Source: an uncultured Pelagibacteraceae bacterium (GTDB lineage: Bacteria; Pseudomonadota; Alphaproteobacteria; Pelagibacterales; Pelagibacteraceae). From it: a DNA stretch of 64,000 nucleotides. The notes under the pieces were generated by a model that saw nothing but the letters and a program-made list of their open reading frames with translations, did not search any database and was not told the origin of the DNA. Numbering within the stretch: the first letter of the stretch is position 1; every line of letters starts with the position of its first letter. The DNA lies in NCBI GenBank assembly GCA_902595405.1, contig CACJPX010000005.1, positions 14,452 to 78,451 on the forward strand. Reading direction: 5' to 3'. This document shows, piece after piece, positions 57,746 to 64,000 of this stretch. A program made the position numbers and the translations under genes.

Positions 57746-58534
57746 TTATTGTGTTTCTATTTCTTCCCAATCACTATCATCTTGAGTTTCAATAACTTTT
57801 TGGCTGTTCAAGATTTTTTGCTGTCTATCTTGTAAATAAAGACTTTTTACAGATGCGTAAAAATCAAGTGAGTTTTTTTCTAAATTTTCAATAGAGTCAA
57901 AGTTCTTAGCCCTAAAATCAACTCCACTTGTAACCTTGGATGAATAATAATCTACATCTCTAAAATAATGAGTATCGTTTCTTACAGTTACATTATACCA
58001 AGCATCACCCCCAAAAAAGTTAGCCAGTGAAGCAATAGTGTCTCTGGCAGTGGTAGGGCCTAATACTGGAAGCACTAAATAGCATCCTGGCCCAACACCA
58101 TGTACAGCAAGGCTTTGTCCATAATCCTCTTTTGTGTACTCTTCAAATCCTAAATATGATGCAACATCTAATAAACCTAAAATTCCAACTGTCGTATTGA
58201 TTACAAATCTTCCAGCATTTATCCCTGCTAAAGCAAACTCTCCTTGAAGAAGATTATTTGGAACTGTAACTAAATTTGATAAATTATTTAATGAATTGCT
58301 CACACCAGTTTTCACAGGAGAGGGCATTAATCTGTAAACACTTGCAACTGGTTTAAAAATAACTTTATCTAAACCTTGATTGATTGCAAATGAAGCTTTG
58401 TTAAAAGTTTCAGAGCAATCTTTTATTTCAGATGGTTCATTTTTTTTTAAAAGTAATTCGCCATCTGAACTAGCATGTAAATTTGAAACTAACGTAAAAG
58501 TTGTAATTATTATAACTATAATTTTCTTAATCAT
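57746..58534 (-). CDS. mlaA: VacJ/MlaA family protein
   Basis: RFVINTTVG..G, EDYGQ.L, G.YLVLP.LGP...RD. Confidence 0.93.
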   Translation of the reverse strand: MIKKIIVIIITTFTLVSNLHASSDGELLLKKNEPSEIKDCSETFNKASFAINQGLDKVIFKPVASVYRLMPSPVKTGVSNSLNNLSNLVTVPNNLLQGEFALAGINAGRFVINTTVGILGLLDVASYLGFEEYTKEDYGQSLAVHGVGPGCYLVLPVLGPTTARDTIASLANFFGGDAWYNVTVRNDTHYFRDVDYYSSKVTSGVDFRAKNFDSIENLEKNSLDFYASVKSLYLQDRQQKILNSQKVIETQDDSDWEEIETQ

Positions 58535-58599
58535 TGTTGATCTTGTATATTACAATGAGAAACAAAATAAAATAAGAATTAATCAGAATTATAGCTTAA

Positions 58600-59331
58600 A
58601 TGTGGCTTAAAATAACACAAAATTATTCTCCAAATTTTAATACGCCTAAAAGACAAAAAAAAAACATTAAATATATAATTATTCATTACACAGGAATGAA
58701 AAACGAGCTGTCAGCTTTAAATAGATTAACCGATTATAGGTCAAAAGTTAGTGCTCATTACTTCATTAAAAAAAATGGAAAAATAATTAATTTAGTTCCA
58801 GACCTTTATGAGGCGTGGCATGCAGGAAAATCAAATTGGAAAAATATTCAATCTCTAAATCGTTATTCAATTGGTGTTGAAATACAAAATTCCGGTCATG
58901 AAAACTTATATGAGAAATACTCTAATAAGCAAATGAATTCAGTTAAAAAACTCTTAAGTTTTTTAACGAAAAGATACAAAGTAAATTGTAAGAATATTTT
59001 AGGACATTCAGATATTGCTCCTAATCGTAAAAAAGATCCAGGTGAAAAATTCCCTTGGAAAGAACTAGCAAAAGTTAAACTTGCACATTGGCATCAATTA
59101 AATGAAAAAGAACTTATCAAATATAGGCTTAAAAAAATTAATTCTTTAGAGGAGAAAAATTTTTTTATCAATCTTCACAAGATTGGATATATAAAAGTTC
59201 AATCAAAAAGCTCTATTTCTAAAAAAAGACTTTTAATTAAAGCTTTCCAGCGAAGATTTCGGCAGGGATTAATTAACGGGATTTCTGACCAGGAATGCCT
59301 AATTCTCAGTAAAAATTTAATAAAGTCCTAA
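58600..59331 (+). CDS. N-acetylmuramoyl-L-alanine amidase (Amidase_2, AmiD/AmpD-like)
   Basis: IHYTGM, VSAHY, AWHAG, GHSDIAP.RK.DPG, AFQRRFR. Confidence 0.93.
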   Translation: MWLKITQNYSPNFNTPKRQKKNIKYIIIHYTGMKNELSALNRLTDYRSKVSAHYFIKKNGKIINLVPDLYEAWHAGKSNWKNIQSLNRYSIGVEIQNSGHENLYEKYSNKQMNSVKKLLSFLTKRYKVNCKNILGHSDIAPNRKKDPGEKFPWKELAKVKLAHWHQLNEKELIKYRLKKINSLEEKNFFINLHKIGYIKVQSKSSISKKRLLIKAFQRRFRQGLINGISDQECLILSKNLIKS

Positions 59332-59375
59332 CTAATTATTGTTGATAAAATTTAATTTAGTAATAAATTGTACTA

Positions 59376-59728
59376 GCCAGATAAACGACTTATCGCTTTA
59401 AGCAATTAAAGAGGAAAGTCCGGGCTCCACAAGGATACAGTGCCAGGTAATACCTGGCGGGGGTAACCCTAGGGATAGTGCCACAGAAAATAAACCGCCA
59501 TAACATGGCAAGGGTGAAAAGGTGTGGTAAGAGCACACCGGTTCTATTGGTAACAATGAACGCTGGAAAACCCCACTGGGAGCAAGACTAAGTAGAGGTG
59601 ACATTGTTGAAAAACTAAAAGCCATCCTTGGCTAGTCACCTGGGTTAGTCGCTTGAGTTTGGAAGTGATTTCAAACCTAGAGAAATGATAGGTTTAAATG
59701 ACAGAACCCGGCTTATAGTTTATCTGGC
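59376..59728 (+). ncRNA. rnpB: RNase P RNA (type A)
   Basis: GAGGAAAGTCCGGGCTCC and ACAGAACCCGGCTTA conserved blocks; P1 GCCAGATAAAC/GTTTATCTGGC. Confidence 0.97.
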
Positions 59729-59809
59729 AAACTTTTCTTAATTTTAACCATCAACAATTTATGAATTAAATTATTCAAATTTGCTCATTTAAACCATAAA
59801 TTGTATGTA

Positions 59810-59853
59810 TTGACACCTAACTTAAAAACCCATAATATCCCATATATTCCCAT
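59810..59853 (+). promoter_or_regulatory. dcw promoter with MraZ-type boxes
   Basis: TTGACA-17-TAATAT overlapped by three CCCAT repeats at 10-nt period (ATGGG on the minus strand). Confidence 0.7.
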
Positions 59854-59881
59854 GTAAAGGGAATAAAGGAATTTATGGTTT

Positions 59882-60337
59882 ATGTTTTTATCAACCTACG
59901 AAAACAAATTAGACAAAAAAGGAAGGGTGTCGGTGCCGGCAAGTTTTAGATCTTACTTATCTAATTTAGGTTACAATGGAGTAATTTGTTATCCATCATT
60001 TAATAATCAATCAATAGAGGCATGGCCCCAAGATAGAGTCGAAAAAATTTCAAATTCAATAGACACTTTAAATCCATTTGAAGAAAAAAGAGACTTTTTT
60101 GCTACATCAATATTATCAGAAAGTATAAATTTACAATTTGACAGCGAAGGAAGAATTTCACTTACACCAAAATTACTAAAACATGCAAAAATTAAAAATA
60201 GCATGGTGTTTGTTGGTCAAGGCAAGACTTTTCAGATATGGGAACCAACAGTTTTTGAAAAATTTAAGGTCACTGCAAGAAGAAAAGCAAATTTAAATCG
60301 TGCAAGTCTTAAATGGGAGAATCAATTAAATAAATAA
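59882..60337 (+). CDS. mraZ: dcw cluster transcriptional repressor MraZ
   Basis: DKKGRVSVPA.FR and D.EGRI duplicated motifs, FQIW. Confidence 0.95.
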   Translation: MFLSTYENKLDKKGRVSVPASFRSYLSNLGYNGVICYPSFNNQSIEAWPQDRVEKISNSIDTLNPFEEKRDFFATSILSESINLQFDSEGRISLTPKLLKHAKIKNSMVFVGQGKTFQIWEPTVFEKFKVTARRKANLNRASLKWENQLNK

Positions 60338-60355
60338 AAAGAGGGGGATAACAAG

Positions 60356-61822
60356 ATGACAATTAACTTTAAAGCTCCAGAGATTAGAGAGTTACAACCA
60401 AGACTTTTGGTAATGGGAGTGGGTGGTGCAGGTGGAAATGCAATTAATGAGATGATTGAAAATGGAATGCAAGGAGTGGAATTTATTGCTGTTAATACTG
60501 ATGCACAAGATCTTAAACATAGTAAAGCAAAATCAAAAATTCAAATTGGTTTAAATCTAACCAAAGGTCTAGGAGCAGGTGCAAAAATTGACATAGGTCA
60601 AGCCGCAGCTGATGAGTCTTTAAATGATATCGTCAATGTTTTACAAGGTGCAAATATGGTTTTTATAGCTGCTGGAATGGGTGGTGGAACCGGAACTGGT
60701 GCTGCACACGTAATTGCAAGAGCTGCAAAAGAATTAAATATTTTAACTGTTGGAGTAGTGACACTACCATTTTTATATGAGGGTCCTTCAAGAATGAGGA
60801 GAGCTCAAATTGGTCTTGAAGAATTAAGAAAACATGTGGATACTATTATTGTAATTCCCAACCAAAATTTATTCAAAATAGCAAATGAACAAACTACATT
60901 TGAGGAGTCCTTCAATCTATCAAATAATGTTTTAATGCATGGGGTTCAAAGTGTAACAGATTTAATGGTAAGACCTGGGATCATTAATTTAGATTTTGCT
61001 GATGTTGAAACGGTTATGGCATCTATGGGTAAAGCCATGATGGGAACAGGAGAAGCTGAAGGTGAAGGTAGATCTATGAAAGCCACTGAGATGGCAATCA
61101 GTAATCCTTTAATTGATGACTATACTTTAAAAGGTGCAAAAGGATTACTTGTTAATATTACAGGCGGAAAAGATCTTAAGTTATTTGAAGTCGATGAAGT
61201 GGTTAACAAAATAAGATCTGAAGTTGAGGCAGATGCAGAGGTAATTATAGGTGCAATAACTGATCCATCTCTTGAAGGAAAAATTAGAGTGTCAATTGTT
61301 GCAACAGCTTTAGATGGACAACAACCTGAGACAAAATCAGTAATTAACATGGTACATAGGATCCAAAATAGAAATCCTGGATACTCTGATTTTTCAAATT
61401 TAGGATCTAATACCTCTTTTAATTTTTCAACTAGCACACCAATCTCAAGTGGCGCTAATGCTTTAAAATTAGAGAATGAAGTATCAACTGATAATGTTAG
61501 TGAGACTGTTGCAAATGAAAATATTAATCAAATTAATGATCAATATCATGAGGAATTATTAAAAAATCAACAAGTTGAAAGTTTAGTTGAAAACACCAGC
61601 AAAGATAAAGAAAGTTCTTTCACTCAAGAAGCTTTTGGTGATTCAACTAATGAAGATGAGATAAAAAATGATTTAAAAGAGTTTGGAGTAGATAGTGATG
61701 CACCAGACTTATTTAGCTCTGAAAACGAGACCTCTTTATCAGAAAATCTTTTGTCCCAAGAAAATGAGGATGAAGAGGACGACTTAGAGATACCAGCATT
61801 TTTAAGAAGACAAAAAAATTAA
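60356..61822 (+). CDS. ftsZ: Cell division protein FtsZ
   Basis: [18 protein letters not shown] tubulin signature, NLDFAD, C-terminal [10 protein letters not shown]; GAGGGGG RBS. Confidence 0.98.
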   Translation: MTINFKAPEIRELQPRLLVMGVGGAGGNAINEMIENGMQGVEFIAVNTDAQDLKHSKAKSKIQIGLNLTKGLGAGAKIDIGQAAADESLNDIVNVLQGANMVFIAAGMGGGTGTGAAHVIARAAKELNILTVGVVTLPFLYEGPSRMRRAQIGLEELRKHVDTIIVIPNQNLFKIANEQTTFEESFNLSNNVLMHGVQSVTDLMVRPGIINLDFADVETVMASMGKAMMGTGEAEGEGRSMKATEMAISNPLIDDYTLKGAKGLLVNITGGKDLKLFEVDEVVNKIRSEVEADAEVIIGAITDPSLEGKIRVSIVATALDGQQPETKSVINMVHRIQNRNPGYSDFSNLGSNTSFNFSTSTPISSGANALKLENEVSTDNVSETVANENINQINDQYHEELLKNQQVESLVENTSKDKESSFTQEAFGDSTNEDEIKNDLKEFGVDSDAPDLFSSENETSLSENLLSQENEDEEDDLEIPAFLRRQKN

Positions 61823-61840
61823 TGGTCTTCGTAAAAATAA

Positions 61841-62851
61841 ATGGAAGCCACCATAGTACAGGATAAAACAAAACATTATCCAGTACTGCTAAAAGAAATT
61901 ATTAGCATTATTTCCCCTCAATATGGTGGCACATTTATTGACTGTACTTTTGGCCAAGGTGGTTACACTCGAGAAATTCTTAAAAATAAACACAATAAAG
62001 TTATTGGAATTGATAGAGACTCTGAAAGTTTAAAGGTTGCAATAAAAATTGAAAAAGAATTTCCAAACCGATTTATCTTTAAGAATTTAAATTTCAGCAA
62101 ATTAGGAAATTTAAAACTCAAAAATGAAAATATCAGAGGTGTATTATTTGATTTAGGTTATTCATTTACACAAATTAAAGATCCAAAAAAAGGATTATCC
62201 TTTAATTCAAGTGGATCATTAGATATGAGAATGGGTTTAAATGAATTTTCAGCTAAAGAGGTAATAAATAAATTAGATGGAAAAAGCCTTATTAAAATTT
62301 TCAAATCTTTTGGTGATGAAAGATATGCAAAATTAATCGTTAAGAATATTCTTAAAGAAAGATTGTTAAAAGAAATAGATACCCCTCATTTAGTAAAAAT
62401 TATTGAAAAATCAAAAAAAGGAAATAATAAAAAAATTCATTCTGCAACTAAAGTTTTCCAAGCATTAAGAATTTTTGTTAACAAAGAAATAAGTGAGTTA
62501 ATTCATGGAATGATCCATGCAGCTAAAGTTTTAAAAAAAGATGGTATTTTGGTTATTGTAACTTTTCATTCTTTAGAGGATAAAATTGTAAAATATTTCT
62601 TTAGAAGTCTCTCAGAACATAAAAGTGTATCTAGATACCAACCTGAGGAAATACATGAAGAAATCTTATTTAACTTACTTCAAAAAAAGCCAATAGTGCC
62701 ATCAAGTCTAGAACTAAAAGAAAACCCTCCCTCCAGGTCTGCAAAATTAAGGTGCTTAATTAAAAAGGAAAATTTTTATGATTTTAAAACTGATATTTTA
62801 GACAAATTTAAAGATTTAATCGAAATTGAAAATCTTGGACTTAACTTATGA
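61841..62851 (+). CDS. rsmH: 16S rRNA m4C1402 methyltransferase
   Basis: HYPVLL.E, DCTFG.GG, LDMRM, FQALRI.VN, FHSLED, RSAKLR. Confidence 0.96.
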   Translation: MEATIVQDKTKHYPVLLKEIISIISPQYGGTFIDCTFGQGGYTREILKNKHNKVIGIDRDSESLKVAIKIEKEFPNRFIFKNLNFSKLGNLKLKNENIRGVLFDLGYSFTQIKDPKKGLSFNSSGSLDMRMGLNEFSAKEVINKLDGKSLIKIFKSFGDERYAKLIVKNILKERLLKEIDTPHLVKIIEKSKKGNNKKIHSATKVFQALRIFVNKEISELIHGMIHAAKVLKKDGILVIVTFHSLEDKIVKYFFRSLSEHKSVSRYQPEEIHEEILFNLLQKKPIVPSSLELKENPPSRSAKLRCLIKKENFYDFKTDILDKFKDLIEIENLGLNL

Positions 62852-63159
62852 AAAAAATTCTAACTATTAGTTTAATTTTTTCACTTATTGTAATCACCTC
62901 TTTTATAAAAAATTCTACAAAGAAAATTGATGAGGAATTATTTAGTTTAAAAGAGAATATATCAGATTTAAATTTAGAACTAAATAATGTGAAACTTGAA
63001 TTTGATTATTTAAGCTCTCCAGAAAAGCTGATTAGTTATCAAAATCTTTATTTTGAAAATAAATTAACGCAAAAGAGTATAAATGAAATTGAAATTATTG
63101 ACTTAACAAAGGAAAAAATTCTTACAAACAATGTCAAAATTATAGATAGCGAAAAATAA
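62848..63159 (+). CDS. ftsL: Cell division protein FtsL-like
   Basis: TM plus coiled coil, E..YLSSPE; between rsmH and ftsI. Confidence 0.75.
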   Translation: MKKILTISLIFSLIVITSFIKNSTKKIDEELFSLKENISDLNLELNNVKLEFDYLSSPEKLISYQNLYFENKLTQKSINEIEIIDLTKEKILTNNVKIIDSEK

Positions 63160-63163
63160 TGAT

Positions 63164-64000
63164 ATGAAGTTTATTCTCCAAGAAAACAAAGAGGAATTTG
63201 AATTTAAAAGTGACAAAAAAAATTTTGATATTAGATTTAATAGAATTGCATTTATTTTTTTTATTTTTTTCCTTATTTCTATAATTTATTGTATTCATCT
63301 TACTCATCTGGGATCTAGAGATTTAAATTCCAATATTTCAAAGAATTATGGCTCTTTTAATAAAATTCAGAGAGCAAATATTTTAGACCGAAACAATCAT
63401 TTTTTAGCAAAAACTGTTAATTCTATTGATATTGGAATAAATCCAGTTGAAGCGATAGATAAAAAAAAATTGCTACTTAATCTAAAATATATTTTTCCTG
63501 ATAAAGATTTTCAATTAATTAATTCAAAACTTTCAAAGGATAAATTTTTTTGGTTTGAAAAAAAAATTTCTGATGAGAATTATGAGAAAATTATGATGTT
63601 GGGTGATAAATCAATAAAACCACATGAAAATCTTATAAGAGTTTATCCACAAAAAAATTTATTTAGTCATATAATAGGACAAATAGATGATGATAACCTG
63701 GGGATTTCTGGGTTAGAGAAATCATTAGATGTAGATTTAAAAAAAAACGATAAATCTATTCAACTTACTGTCGATAAAGATATTCAGTTCCTGATAAGAG
63801 AAGAGTTAATAAGGTTTAATAAAATATTTAAAACTAAAGGTAGTGCTTCAATTTTAATGGATATTGATAATGGTGAGATATTATCGATTATTTCGCTGCC
63901 TGATTTTGACCCTAATCAGAGAGAAAATATTACAGATGTGAATTATATTAATAGAGCAACTAAAGGTGTTTATGAATTAGGTTCTGTTTTTAAAACTTTT
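63164..64000 (+). CDS. ftsI: Penicillin-binding protein 3 (3'-partial; absent from the ORF track)
   Basis: Manual translation: TM, RANILDRN, RVYPQ, GISGLEK, NRATKGVYELGSVFKTF (SxxK) at window end. Confidence 0.92.
   Translation, partial: MKFILQENKEEFEFKSDKKNFDIRFNRIAFIFFIFFLISIIYCIHLTHLGSRDLNSNISKNYGSFNKIQRANILDRNNHFLAKTVNSIDIGINPVEAIDKKKLLLNLKYIFPDKDFQLINSKLSKDKFFWFEKKISDENYEKIMMLGDKSIKPHENLIRVYPQKNLFSHIIGQIDDDNLGISGLEKSLDVDLKKNDKSIQLTVDKDIQFLIREELIRFNKIFKTKGSASILMDIDNGEILSIISLPDFDPNQRENITDVNYINRATKGVYELGSVFKTF

Noticed and set aside
59398-59625. 75-aa minus-strand ORF
   Set aside because: Antisense shadow of the GC-richer RNase P RNA

Overview
Very AT-rich, densely packed alphaproteobacterial chromosome segment. 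Gene content and order point to Pelagibacter/SAR11 (inference): crtI-crtB-crtY-blh beside the F0 ATP synthase genes, ccrM, petABC, carAB, dnaG-rpoD, rnpB and the start of the dcw cluster. It holds about 67 housekeeping CDS, three tRNAs (Gln-TTG, Val-GAC, CAT probably Ile2) and RNase P RNA. I saw no CRISPR array, transposase or prophage. The main candidate for an undescribed system is a two-gene accessory-looking module at 16.0-17.4 kb. It pairs an MT-A70-family methyltransferase, whose promoter carries an exact alphaproteobacterial LexA box (GTTC-N7-GTTC) and a GANTC site and whose tail has clamp-binding-like motifs, with a convergent PD-(D/E)xK nuclease-like gene that starts 3 nt after the ccrM stop. 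Other oddities are an apparently hinge-less 798-aa SMC, a tRNA-Val with a rewired D/T-loop elbow, ftsZ between mraZ and rsmH, a SelJ/J1-crystallin-like gene coupled to trxB, and loss of metal ligands in DnaG and UDG. All product calls come from motif recognition by eye; no database searches were run.
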